From the NCBI GenBank assembly GCA_946183145.1, contig CAMGZM010000007.1, forward strand, positions 33,412-97,411: a DNA stretch of 64,000 nucleotides, read 5' to 3'. Source of the DNA: an uncultured Fretibacterium sp. (lineage in GTDB: Bacteria; Synergistota; Synergistia; Synergistales; Aminobacteriaceae). How positions within the stretch are numbered: the first letter of the stretch is position 1; every line of letters starts with the position of its first letter. The notes beneath the pieces were generated by a model. It was not told the DNA's origin. It made no database searches and was given only the letters and a program-made list of their open reading frames with translations. The position numbers and the translations under genes were made by a program. This document shows, piece after piece, positions 30,611 through 40,117 of the stretch.

Positions 30611-31141
30611 ATGAGAAATACGCGCAAAGGATTCACACTCGTAGAATTATTGATCGTCGTGGCAATACTCGCAACGCTCACAGCGGCAATGACAACGAGC
30701 ATCAGCGGGGCAACGGCGAAGGCAAAAGCATCAACAATAGCTTCAAACGTTAATGCATGCATCAGTGCGGCGAGGCTTTATGCGGTAAACAATGCAAGTG
30801 ATGGACTTGACGACCTGACAGCGGATGAGGTGCTTTTCGCAAGTTTGCCTACATGGAAAGATTTTAAGCTGGAAACTGATGCTAAGGGTGTAAGCTATGA
30901 GGCAACCACAGATAAAGGCGAATCAAAATGGGCAATCAAAGTAGATTTCAGCTCAGACCCGGAAAAAGACGCAATAAGAACCGCGCTTATTGGCATGAAA
31001 GGTTACGGAAACTCCTATGCTCAATCCGAGTCCAGTGGAACATACACATATACACCGACTCCAGTATTAGGAGCAACAGGCTCTGAAAGCTATAAATTCA
31101 AGGTAACTTTGATCAGCGGAAAAATAGAAGCTGACAGCTAA
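30611..31141 (+). CDS. prepilin-type N-terminal cleavage/methylation domain protein (type IV pilin / pseudopilin-like)
   Basis: 176 aa. MRNTRKGFTLVELLIVVAILATL is the class III signal (G/F cleavage site, E+5). RBS AAGGAGG. Confidence 0.8.
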   Translation: MRNTRKGFTLVELLIVVAILATLTAAMTTSISGATAKAKASTIASNVNACISAARLYAVNNASDGLDDLTADEVLFASLPTWKDFKLETDAKGVSYEATTDKGESKWAIKVDFSSDPEKDAIRTALIGMKGYGNSYAQSESSGTYTYTPTPVLGATGSESYKFKVTLISGKIEADS

Positions 31142-31245
31142 CATTCACACGACAAACCTATAACCAAACAACACAATATAAATCGAGTCCCCCAACGCCT
31201 ACTCCGTAAGGAGCGCGCAGCATTGAGGGACTCATTCTTTTATCT

Positions 31246-32193
31246 TTATCGCAGAATCTCACGAATCATTCCCACAAGATTCTCCGGGCTGTCGTTCTCG
31301 TAAAATATTCTCCCGTTCCCCGCAAGTTTCACAAACTCTTCTGCGTTCTTCGCCTGATGATTGTCCATCGCTCCCGGCCATGGAATTGTTATCGCCGGGA
31401 TTTTCCACTTCATGACCTCTGCGAGCGTTGAGCCTCCTGACCTGCACACAAGCAAATCACACGCGGAGTAAAACGGATTCATGTCCCATTGAGGCGGGAT
31501 AAAATGCGCGTTTCCCTCATTGCGTCTCTCTTTTGCCAACAGGAACACAAACTCATACTCAGGGCATAATTTCGCGGCTTTCATCAAAATTTCACTTAAT
31601 GGCCCGCTCCCTAATGACCCTCCCGCAACACCGACAATTTTCGCGCCCTCACGGACATTCACGCCCAAAGTTTTCAGCGCGTCATCTCTTGCCATTCTCA
31701 CAGGCTCACGAGCTGGAGTCCCCGTGTACGTGAATGACTTTATCCCCTCGCACACTGGCCAGCCCGTTATGATTCTCGCGCCAATCTTCGCGGCAAATCT
31801 CGCGACTCGCCCTGCTACGGTGTTCTGTTCGTGCAAAGTTACGGGAATTTTCTTCAGCCTCGCAACTATCAGCGGCGCAAATGATATATACCCTCCGAAC
31901 AAATATATCTCGTCAGGCTTGAAGCCGTTAATGTATTTCGCTGTCATTGAGATTGACTTGAACACGTCAAAAATTCGCGTGAAAATTTTTGTTACCGAGC
32001 GTGTACCCATAGGAGACCCGGCTAAAGGCAATATTACCGGGTCAATTCCTGCTGAATGATATATTGTCTCCTCAAGTTTCCGCGAACCGCACAGCCACGA
32101 CACCACATCACCGTTACCCTGACGATTTTTACCGAATACTATTGCGGGGAATATATGACCGCCCGTCCCGCCTGAAGCTATTAATACTCTCAT
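31246..32193 (-). CDS. murG: UDP-GlcNAc:lipid I N-acetylglucosaminyltransferase
   Basis: MRVLIASGGTGGHIFPA N-terminus and a C-terminal GGSTLAEVM... motif. ATG 32193 lies 9 nt after AAGGAG. Confidence 0.85.
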   Translation of the reverse strand: MRVLIASGGTGGHIFPAIVFGKNRQGNGDVVSWLCGSRKLEETIYHSAGIDPVILPLAGSPMGTRSVTKIFTRIFDVFKSISMTAKYINGFKPDEIYLFGGYISFAPLIVARLKKIPVTLHEQNTVAGRVARFAAKIGARIITGWPVCEGIKSFTYTGTPAREPVRMARDDALKTLGVNVREGAKIVGVAGGSLGSGPLSEILMKAAKLCPEYEFVFLLAKERRNEGNAHFIPPQWDMNPFYSACDLLVCRSGGSTLAEVMKWKIPAITIPWPGAMDNHQAKNAEEFVKLAGNGRIFYENDSPENLVGMIREILR

Positions 32194-32221
32194 CAAAATT
32201 GTCTCCTTTTTTTAGTATAAT

Positions 32222-32507
32222 CTCTTAGCCTTTAATGAGTTAAGGTTTGGAGATTGGACGGACAAAACGCTCTGTCTGTAAAATCTTAAGCGACTTAAGG
32301 CAAAACAGTTAGCCGTTCTGTAAAAACGATTGCACACATTGTGCTTTACAACGTAACCCGGTGAACTTTCACGTTCTACGGTTTAGAGGCTGAAGTAAGC
32401 CAGCCCCGGCGAATAAGGGTACTCTGAGGCGTAAACATTCGAGGCTCAGACGTTTAGACCATGTGCCAGACTTTTCCGAAAGCCACCGCCTTTAAGTGTG
32501 TGGATGT
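32222..32507 (+). other. anomalous ~290-nt hairpin-rich spacer between ftsW and murG; candidate structured RNA or mini-element distantly related to the 58.2/62.0-kb repeats
   Basis: TAGTATAAT box at 32213-32221 on the plus strand (antisense to dcw). Hairpin ACAG-TTAGCCGTT-CTGT at 32305-32321. Block CCACCGCCTTTAAG..GGATG at 32483-32506. GAGGCTCAGA at 32441-32450. Confidence 0.3.
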
Positions 32508-33581
32508 TTACTTCTCTTTGTTCTCCTGCTTTATTGACATGAGTAATCCTATCTTTGCCCACATGAACATCATCGAGCTTCCTCCCGCGCTCAAAAACGG
32601 CATCGGGATTCCTGACAGTGGCATTAACTTTGTTACGCCCGCAACGTTCACGAACATCGGAAATATCACCGACGCTGTGAGACCTAATGCAAGCGATTTC
32701 GTGAAAGGAGTCTTTGCGTTCTTGTATATGTAGTACACACGCCACGTCCATAACGCATAGAGTATCAGCAAAAACATTGTACCCATTAACCCAAACTCCT
32801 CACCTATCGCAGGGAAAATATAATCAGTCTCAGCTTCCGGCAAATATCTCTGTTCCTGAAGTCCCTTACCGATTCCGACTCCTGTTAATGAACCGTTTGC
32901 GAATGCTACGAGGCCCTGAATAATCTGGAAGCCCGTATCAGTAGGATCTGACCACGGATCCCAGAAGGCGTTGAAGCGTCTCATCCTGTAAGGCGCAATC
33001 ATAATCAGCACAACTACCGCCGCAATTCCCAGTATCACGCCCCATATAGGATATTTCCAGCCGCGCCGCTCTATGTGCATGACGAAACATATAGCTGTGA
33101 TGATTAACGTTCCGCCCAAATTCGGCTGAAGCATTAACGGTATACCCATCATCGCAATCACTATTAGAGTCGGACGGACGAATGAGTGAAAATTTCCGCG
33201 CTTCGTGAGGCTGTCTTCATCGGTGAGTCTGTCGGCCATGAAAATCGGTACCGCGAACAATGCAAGCTCAAGAGGCTGAAACCGAATCACTACGAGGCTT
33301 AACCATCGGCGTGCGCCCCCGACTTTGATTCCGATTCCGGGAATTGCCGTTATCACAAGAAGAAAGAATGCGAGTGTGAATAATTTTCCGCTGTGCTTCC
33401 TCACTGACGGACTCGTCCACGCAAAGCATATCATCATCAGAGTCAATCCCACGCCTATAAACTGGAACTGCCTTAACGGTGCTGCGTATGGATTCCCTCC
33501 GGCCATGCTGTTACGCAGTGAGAGGGACGAAATCATCACGAGGCCGCACCCGCTTATTATCAACGGTATCAATATCTCCAT
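32508..33581 (-). CDS. ftsW: FtsW/RodA/SpoVE-family (SEDS) peptidoglycan polymerase
   Basis: 357 aa, ~10 TM helices, conserved ...LPEAETDYIFPAIGEEFG... motif. dcw context between murD and murG. Confidence 0.85.
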   Translation of the reverse strand: MEILIPLIISGCGLVMISSLSLRNSMAGGNPYAAPLRQFQFIGVGLTLMMICFAWTSPSVRKHSGKLFTLAFFLLVITAIPGIGIKVGGARRWLSLVVIRFQPLELALFAVPIFMADRLTDEDSLTKRGNFHSFVRPTLIVIAMMGIPLMLQPNLGGTLIITAICFVMHIERRGWKYPIWGVILGIAAVVVLIMIAPYRMRRFNAFWDPWSDPTDTGFQIIQGLVAFANGSLTGVGIGKGLQEQRYLPEAETDYIFPAIGEEFGLMGTMFLLILYALWTWRVYYIYKNAKTPFTKSLALGLTASVIFPMFVNVAGVTKLMPLSGIPMPFLSAGGSSMMFMWAKIGLLMSIKQENKEK

Positions 33582-33582
33582 T

Positions 33583-34929
33583 TTATGACGCTGACTCTAT
33601 TTTTGACTTGACGATTTTGCAGAAATGCTCGCCGCGTGCCTTGTAGGATTTGTACATGTCCCAGCTTGTGCAGGCGGGCGACAATAATACTACCATTCCA
33701 GGAGACGCTAATGACTGTGAGACGTTTACGGCTTCTTCCATGTCATTAACCCGGCGGAAATTCGCATAGCCTTCACGCTCTAATGCCTCCTGAATCTTTT
33801 GCGCCTCTTCTCCCATCAACACCGCGTAATCGCATTCACTCTTCACAGCTTTTGCGAGAGGGGTATAGTCCTCGCCTTTTCCCTGACCGCCGAGAATGAT
33901 TATCTTGCGTCCATGTATGCACGTCATCGCCGTAATTGTCGCTGCTACGTTCGTCCCTTTCGAGTCATCGATATACTGAACGCCGTCAAGAGTCCCTGCG
34001 TCCTCGCACCTGTGCGGTAACGGTTTGAATCCTTCAAGCAAAAATTTCGCCCTGTCAGCAACATCAACGCCCAAAAGTTTCACAGCGCAGAGAGTCATTG
34101 CTGCGTTTTCGAGATTGTGAGAGCCGATTAGCGTTGTGTCATTGTACGTGAAAAGTGTTGATGTTTTGCCGCCAATCGTGAGAGTCGCTTTGTCTTTTGA
34201 CATGAATATATGCCCGTCAGTTTTGTGATTGGGAGTCTCATTCCACGAAAGCACTATGATTTTTCCCGACGGTTTGAGAATGTCATAATCCCTGTCCTGA
34301 ATTATTCCCCATCCGTCTGCGTCCCTGAGAGTCAATACGCGTGATTTTGCCTCAACGTATGACTCATAGCTTCCGTGCCAGTCGATATGATCCGGCGCAA
34401 GGTTGGTGATGATTGATACTTTTGCGTGAAGATTCTTTGTCGCCCTCGCAAGCTGGAAGCTCGACAACTCAAGCACAACTGCGTCAAAATCTTCCTGCGT
34501 GAATTTCGCCGATGACGTTCCGAGATTGCCGCCAGTCCCGGCTTTGAGTCCCGCACGGTTCAATACATGGCCGATGAGTGATGTTACTGTGCTTTTTCCG
34601 TTGCTCCCTGTAACACACAAAAGATTTTCCGTCCTTATGTGAGGGATGACAAAATCAAGCTCCCCCGTTAATTTCGCCCCGCGTTTATGTGCTTCAAGCA
34701 AAATTTCTGACTGAGGGGGGATTCCTGAGCTTATTAGAATCATATCGCTGTCAAAAACTTTTTCTGAATGTCCTTCCTCGAAAGCTATATTATTCTGCGT
34801 GAAAAGTGATTTTGCGTCAGGCGTTATTGATTTCTTTTCCGACACAAGAACTTCATAGCCGAGATTATGAGCAAGAAGCGCGAGTCCTTGTCCGCTTACG
34901 CCCGCGCCGATAACTGTAACTTTCTGCAA
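33583..34929 (-). CDS. murD: UDP-N-acetylmuramoylalanine--D-glutamate ligase
   Basis: VTVIGAGVSGQGLA Rossmann start and GSNGKSTV P-loop. Start moved to TTG 34929, 7 nt after AGGAGG. Confidence 0.9.
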   Translation of the reverse strand: MQKVTVIGAGVSGQGLALLAHNLGYEVLVSEKKSITPDAKSLFTQNNIAFEEGHSEKVFDSDMILISSGIPPQSEILLEAHKRGAKLTGELDFVIPHIRTENLLCVTGSNGKSTVTSLIGHVLNRAGLKAGTGGNLGTSSAKFTQEDFDAVVLELSSFQLARATKNLHAKVSIITNLAPDHIDWHGSYESYVEAKSRVLTLRDADGWGIIQDRDYDILKPSGKIIVLSWNETPNHKTDGHIFMSKDKATLTIGGKTSTLFTYNDTTLIGSHNLENAAMTLCAVKLLGVDVADRAKFLLEGFKPLPHRCEDAGTLDGVQYIDDSKGTNVAATITAMTCIHGRKIIILGGQGKGEDYTPLAKAVKSECDYAVLMGEEAQKIQEALEREGYANFRRVNDMEEAVNVSQSLASPGMVVLLSPACTSWDMYKSYKARGEHFCKIVKSKIESAS

Positions 34930-35045
34930 CTTTCTTCCTCCTGTAAATTTTCTCGTGGATTGTCGCAAATATTATAGTGCAAGAAAAAAGCCCTGCCCCC
35001 GTTTTTGAGAGCAGAGCTTGAAATTTTTGCGTGTGATTTTTGCGT

Positions 35046-35612
35046 TTACCTGAAAAGCGGTGCTAATGCTTTCTCTGATCCTGCCCTGTCATTCTGTGCT
35101 GTTGTTCCTCGTACAGCAATAACAGTTTTCACATTCGCGCCCTTCATCGCTGCCCTTAATGTCCGGTCTGTGCGTCCTGCTCCTGATCCTTCATGAGTGC
35201 AGAAAGGGATTACAGTTTTCCCCGTCCAGTCATGAGCCTCAACGAACGTATAAAGCGGCATCGGTATATCTCCCCACCAAATAGGATAGCCGAAATATAT
35301 CGTGTCATACCCGGATATGTCTTTGTCCTCAAGAATCGCCGGGCGTGCGTTAGCGTTCTGTTCTTTCTTCGCAACGTCAATACATGAGTCGTAATCGGCG
35401 GGATATTCTTTTGCGGGCTTGACCTCGAAAAGGTCCGAGGCTGTTTTCTCCGCGATAATCTGCGCGAGCTTCATTGTGTTTCCTGTTGTGATTGTTCCGA
35501 CGTTGTAATTCTCATCAGCGCGCGAATAAACGATAACGATACTTTTTGCTTCTGCTGACGAAACGAAAGACATCATCATTACGGCTAATGACGCAAGAAT
35601 AATTTTGAACAT
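35046..35612 (-). CDS. flavodoxin-like protein with a cleavable signal peptide
   Basis: 188 aa. MFKIILASLAVMMMSFVSSAEA signal, then a flavodoxin fold pattern (IVIVYS...GYPIWWG...FCTHEGSG). Confidence 0.7.
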   Translation of the reverse strand: MFKIILASLAVMMMSFVSSAEAKSIVIVYSRADENYNVGTITTGNTMKLAQIIAEKTASDLFEVKPAKEYPADYDSCIDVAKKEQNANARPAILEDKDISGYDTIYFGYPIWWGDIPMPLYTFVEAHDWTGKTVIPFCTHEGSGAGRTDRTLRAAMKGANVKTVIAVRGTTAQNDRAGSEKALAPLFR

Positions 35613-35654
35613 GTGAATTTCTCCCTTTATGGATTTTGTGAAAAGTATAATCGC

Positions 35655-36989
35655 TTAACCTTTGCTTGAAGTCAACAGTTTCAGGAAATTTTCAGCAAGT
35701 CTTTCATTCCCGTAAAAGTTTACATGAAGGTATGACGCTAAAATATTTCCGTTCACGTACCCGCCGTAATGTGATTGTTGTGTGTTGCGCCTCGTAAGCT
35801 CAAACGCGCATGTATCACCATAATATTCAGGCTCAACCCGCGAGTAATGGAACTCATGACCGCGAACAACATCGCCCCTTTTGCAGATGATATTATCCCT
35901 CAATGCGCGAGCCGTCATATATCCCATAACAGCGCGTTCACTCATGTATGACTCAAACGGTATCACCCCGGCCATGTCGTATTTGCGTCCGTCAACACCA
36001 CTGAGATTTCTGCACAAGTACATCATTCCGCCGCATTCAGCGAGAAAAGGTTTGCGGCAATTCCTCACGCTCTCAAGCATTGGGACATTGTCGGCGAGTC
36101 TCTCAGCGAAAATTTCAGGATAACCCCCGCAGAATATATATCCGTCAGCAAATGGCAATTCTGAATTATTAAGAGGGCTGAACGGGATAATCTCTGCTCC
36201 GAATCTCTCAAGTGTATTCATGCTTTCAGGGTAAATGAATGTGAATGCCTCATCACGCGCAACAGCAACACGAACAGAATATTTTTTTGACGGGATAAAT
36301 TTCTCACATGGCCGAAATGTTTTCACGCTTTCATTTTCAGACAGCTTCAGAATATCATCAACATTAATTGACGACTCAAATTTTTTTCTGAGAGACTCAA
36401 TGTCAAACTTGCTGTTTTCTCCCGCGCTCATCAATCCTAAATGACGTTCGGGAATCTTGAGACTCTCATCACGTTTCAATGCTCCGAGAAATTTTATGCC
36501 CTTATCGTTTAACGCTGATGATATTATTTCGGAATGGTAATCTGATCCCGTGAAATTCAGAATCACCCCGGCCATGTTAATACCGCTGTCAAATTCACGG
36601 AAGCCCAATGCAACGGCGGCGGCACTTTCACCCATTGAGCGCACGTTAATCACAAGCAGAACGGGAGCATCAAGAAGCCTCGCTATACTTGCTGTGCTGT
36701 TAATGCCCCCGTCAAAGAGTCCCATTGCGCCCTCGATTACTGCGATGTCATGACCTGATGAATATTCCGTGAAAAGCCTGCGTGTGTTCTCCTCACTCAT
36801 AAGCCACATGTCGAGATTGTATGACGCACAACAACCGGCACGCCTCAAATATTCCGTGTCAATGTAATCCGGCCCTGTCTTGAAGGCTATAACGTTAAGC
36901 CCCCGTTTTCTGAGAGAAGCGAGAAGCCCGCAAGCTGTTAAAGTTTTTCCCGAATGGCTTGAAGCTCCCGCGATGATAATTTTTCTCAC
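35655..36989 (-). CDS. cbiA: cobyrinate a,c-diamide synthase
   Basis: 444 aa. N-terminal IIAGASSHSGKTLTACGL (CobQ/CobB/MinD-type) and a C-terminal GATase domain (ECGGMMYL). Confidence 0.85.
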   Translation of the reverse strand: MRKIIIAGASSHSGKTLTACGLLASLRKRGLNVIAFKTGPDYIDTEYLRRAGCCASYNLDMWLMSEENTRRLFTEYSSGHDIAVIEGAMGLFDGGINSTASIARLLDAPVLLVINVRSMGESAAAVALGFREFDSGINMAGVILNFTGSDYHSEIISSALNDKGIKFLGALKRDESLKIPERHLGLMSAGENSKFDIESLRKKFESSINVDDILKLSENESVKTFRPCEKFIPSKKYSVRVAVARDEAFTFIYPESMNTLERFGAEIIPFSPLNNSELPFADGYIFCGGYPEIFAERLADNVPMLESVRNCRKPFLAECGGMMYLCRNLSGVDGRKYDMAGVIPFESYMSERAVMGYMTARALRDNIICKRGDVVRGHEFHYSRVEPEYYGDTCAFELTRRNTQQSHYGGYVNGNILASYLHVNFYGNERLAENFLKLLTSSKG

Positions 36990-37495
36990 AAGGCTAATTC
37001 ACGCTCGAGAATTTTCCACAGAAGAAACGCCGCAATACCTGAGAGAATATATTTTGCGCCCAGAACAGGAGCGTTGTAGAAGAAGGAATAAACCCAGGGG
37101 CTTTGTCCTTCAGGGGCGTATTGTGCGAAAAATATTGCGCCAGACACTACGCTTGAAGCTGTCTGACCTGCCCACGCTGCAATGAGTCCGAGCCACCAAG
37201 GATGAAGATCAGCAAGTCCGACAAACGCATATGCAAGAGGATAATCAAGAATGACTTGAACGGGCGTGTAGAAATGCGAGCCGAGAATTATACGCATTAA
37301 CCCTGTGAGTATTCCTGCGTTGACTCCCCATTTCCAGCCGCGGCGGTAAGCGAATAATATCAATGGTACAAGCTCGAAATCTACGGAGCCTCCCTGCGGC
37401 ATGGTGAAGAGATTGATTTTTGACATGACGAATGACAGCGCAACGCACAAAGCGCACTCAGTCATTGCGGCAATGCGTGTGTGTCGTGAAGACAT
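36986..37495 (-). CDS. thiT: ECF-transporter S component for thiamine
   Basis: 169 aa, 6 TM helices. ...PQGGSVDFELVPLILFAYRRGWKWG... matches ThiT. Lies directly downstream of a TPP riboswitch. Confidence 0.8.
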   Translation of the reverse strand: MSSRHTRIAAMTECALCVALSFVMSKINLFTMPQGGSVDFELVPLILFAYRRGWKWGVNAGILTGLMRIILGSHFYTPVQVILDYPLAYAFVGLADLHPWWLGLIAAWAGQTASSVVSGAIFFAQYAPEGQSPWVYSFFYNAPVLGAKYILSGIAAFLLWKILERELAL

Positions 37496-37542
37496 GAATA
37501 TTCCTCCCGGTGTGAAAAGATTTTCAGGGTAAGTATAGATTT

Positions 37543-37627
37543 GACTCCCTGCGGCAGAATTATCTGCTTCAGGTTCAAAGGGTCGGTGAAAAAAATCACC
37601 CTCTCAGCAAATATAAGCTCCCCTGAA
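37543..37627 (-). promoter_or_regulatory. TPP (THI-box) riboswitch
   Basis: Minus-strand sense reads ...CAGGGGAGC..GCTGAGAGGGTG...CACCGACCCTTTGAACCTGAAGCAGATAATTCTGCCGCAGGGAGTC. It contains the CUGAGA and ACCUGA..GAUAAU..GC..AGGGA signatures. Confidence 0.85.
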
Positions 37628-37707
37628 TGTTAATCATATATTATACGCTGTAAGTAATTTATGTTAAAATTCGGTCAGTAAAAATTCTTTCAAAGGGGTA
37701 ATGTGTA

Positions 37708-39999
37708 ATGAAAAAATTTAGCGCAACAGTTTATCTTTTCGCACTTGCATTGTTGGTGTTCGCAATGTCAGGATGCGGAGGTAGCGGCGGCACTATCAGC
37801 GTCAACAATCAGACTCAGACTCAATCATCGCAGAGCAGGAGAATGATAATCTCATCGCCAGCACTCACGAGGGGAGAAACGTACCGCCTTTATCGCGGGA
37901 ACACTGTCGGCGTAGCAGGAACAACAGCGAAATATTACGCGGCTCCTATATCAAGCAACAGCGAAAATATCGTTATGAACCTCGAATACGCAAACGCAGT
38001 GAATGAGGATCTTCCGTTCATCATCACAGACTCAGACGGCGTAAACGTGCTTTTCTCGTACAATCCCAAAGGCACAACAGAAACAGACACTACGACAGCT
38101 TACGGGAGCGTAATACGCAACGGGGGAGCATCACAGCAGCTCAGGTACACGAACTTGAATCTTTCAGCGTCATCAATAGAGCTTGACGACACGGACGCAA
38201 TAGACATCGTGTTAAGCTCAAACGGAACAGCAACAGCAGGAGGCTCAACAGTGCCGAGCTACGAATACATTTGGCACGCAGACCCCCAGCACCCCGCAGA
38301 ATATTGGACTCTCAGCGGTGATTCAACGGAGCTTGACTCAGACGCATACGAGGCCGCAATAGAGTCAGCCGGAACAGTAAACGGAGTCTACATCGCGCAT
38401 GATGTCCGCTACACGTCAAACACTCTCGACTTCAGCACGTCAAAGACAGCAAAGAAAGACGAAGACACAGAATATGTTGTGTATTACGATTTCACGTCAT
38501 CAGCGGTCAGAGAAGGACTCGCGGCAAATCTCGCAAAGTATAATCTTGGGAGCGCATACAGCACAGATCAATACATTTTCGCGACTCTCCCAATGAGCAA
38601 TGGCGGTATGCCCGGAGGCGGAACAATGCCCGGAAGTGGAGATTTTCCCGGCGGCGGAACAATGCCCAGCGGAGACAGGCCGACTCCCGGAAATGATACG
38701 AGACTCCCCGTCATAACGACTTCAGTAAACGCGGCGGACTCAACTGCAAGCAACATCGCGACATTCTCGACAATGACTCATTCAGCGTCAGAAGCATACG
38801 CGAATCCCGTGCTTCACATCACAGAACCCGGAACATACAGACTTTCAGGGACATGGAACGGGCAAATCTGGGTAGAAGTCGGCGCAAAATCACAGCATCA
38901 GGTTGCATTGATCCTTAACGGCGTTACGGTTACTTGCGACGTAGCTCCCGCGCTCGTGTTCTACAAAATCTACAAATGGGCGGAAGATAACGGCTATGAC
39001 TCTCAGTCAGTGCTTGCGGCTAATGACTTGTGGAAGAATATCGGCGACAAAATGCTGAGTACAGACGGGTATTATGACGTTGGCGCGATTGTTGAAATTG
39101 CTGACGGAACAACTAACACATTCACAGGCGCAAACACGTACAGGATTCTTGAGTTATGCCCGAAACTTGACGATGACGACAAACCGAAATACACAGGCTC
39201 AGGAATCGGAACGGACATTAGCGAGCAGGAGAAAATGTACAAGTTTGATGCCGCTTTCCAGTCAAGGCGCACGATAGTTATCGGCGGAGGCTCTGAAGGA
39301 ACAGGCAAGCTCAATATAACATCAAGCACGTATGAAGGTCTCGGCTCAGAAATGCACATGCTTGTAACAGGCGGAAATATCACCGTAACAGCTCCCGATG
39401 ACGCAATCAACGTTAATGAAGATTATGTTTCAGTCTTCCAGATGGACGAAGGAACAATGACAATCTCATCAACGAATGCTGACGGAATAGACTCGAATGG
39501 CTGGGTATCAATCAACGGCGGAACACTCAACATCACAGCAGGCACGGCCAGCACAGGCGCGGCAGGCGAGGCAGGAATTGACGCGGAAAATGACGTGTAC
39601 ATTTCCAGCAACGCTACGTACAACTGGACAGCAGCAGGCACAAGCGGCGGCGGTGAACAGGCTCCCAGCGGCGGCGGCACTACAAGCGGTGATCAGAGCG
39701 GCACAAGCACAGGTACAGGCACAAGCACGGGTACAGGCACAGGCACAAGTACAGGCACCGATACAGGTACAGGCACGGGCACAGGTACAGGCACAGGCAC
39801 CGATACAGGCACAACAACGGTTACGCTTCCTGTAACGCAGACGGTGATGACTCTCAATGACGGCACAGTGTTCACGCTTTTCCCGAATGACAGCACTGTT
39901 GAAACTGACACTGAAGGCACGAGGAATATTCCTTCAAGCGGAAACACATTCCAGATTGTTCACAGGGTCAATGATTTCGCGGGACTGACTACGAACTAG
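37708..39999 (+). CDS. large lipoprotein with carbohydrate-binding beta-helix (Cthe_2159-like) core and Gly/Thr linker
   Basis: 763 aa. Lipobox LLVFAMSGCGG. The central ...HITEPGTYRLSGTWNGQIWVEVG...LNGVTV... resembles Cthe_2159-family proteins. Confidence 0.6.
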   Translation: MKKFSATVYLFALALLVFAMSGCGGSGGTISVNNQTQTQSSQSRRMIISSPALTRGETYRLYRGNTVGVAGTTAKYYAAPISSNSENIVMNLEYANAVNEDLPFIITDSDGVNVLFSYNPKGTTETDTTTAYGSVIRNGGASQQLRYTNLNLSASSIELDDTDAIDIVLSSNGTATAGGSTVPSYEYIWHADPQHPAEYWTLSGDSTELDSDAYEAAIESAGTVNGVYIAHDVRYTSNTLDFSTSKTAKKDEDTEYVVYYDFTSSAVREGLAANLAKYNLGSAYSTDQYIFATLPMSNGGMPGGGTMPGSGDFPGGGTMPSGDRPTPGNDTRLPVITTSVNAADSTASNIATFSTMTHSASEAYANPVLHITEPGTYRLSGTWNGQIWVEVGAKSQHQVALILNGVTVTCDVAPALVFYKIYKWAEDNGYDSQSVLAANDLWKNIGDKMLSTDGYYDVGAIVEIADGTTNTFTGANTYRILELCPKLDDDDKPKYTGSGIGTDISEQEKMYKFDAAFQSRRTIVIGGGSEGTGKLNITSSTYEGLGSEMHMLVTGGNITVTAPDDAINVNEDYVSVFQMDEGTMTISSTNADGIDSNGWVSINGGTLNITAGTASTGAAGEAGIDAENDVYISSNATYNWTAAGTSGGGEQAPSGGGTTSGDQSGTSTGTGTSTGTGTGTSTGTDTGTGTGTGTGTGTDTGTTTVTLPVTQTVMTLNDGTVFTLFPNDSTVETDTEGTRNIPSSGNTFQIVHRVNDFAGLTTN
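39700..39818 (+). repeat. in-frame (GGYACR)n hexanucleotide repeat encoding a (GT)n/(GTS) linker
   Basis: ggcaca/ggtaca units repeated about 19 times, translating to GTSTGTGTSTGTGTGTSTGTDTGTGTGTGTGTGTDTGTTT. Confidence 0.9.
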
Positions 40000-40117
40000 C
40001 AGAAAGTTTTTCACAGGAGGGTATCTCGTAATGAGGTACTCTCTTTTTTGTTGGCAATTTCAGTGTAGAATTATCGCATCACATTTTCATTTCATAAACT
40101 ACTGGAGGCTGTTTTCA

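Noticed and set aside
32197-32507. Possibility that the ftsW-murG spacer encodes RNase P RNA, tmRNA or SRP RNA on either strand
   Set aside because: There are only chance-level matches (for example GGAAAAGTCTGGC against the P4 motif GGAAAGTCCGGGC). The region is too short for RNase P, and it lacks the tRNA-like ends of tmRNA and the SRP domain IV motif.
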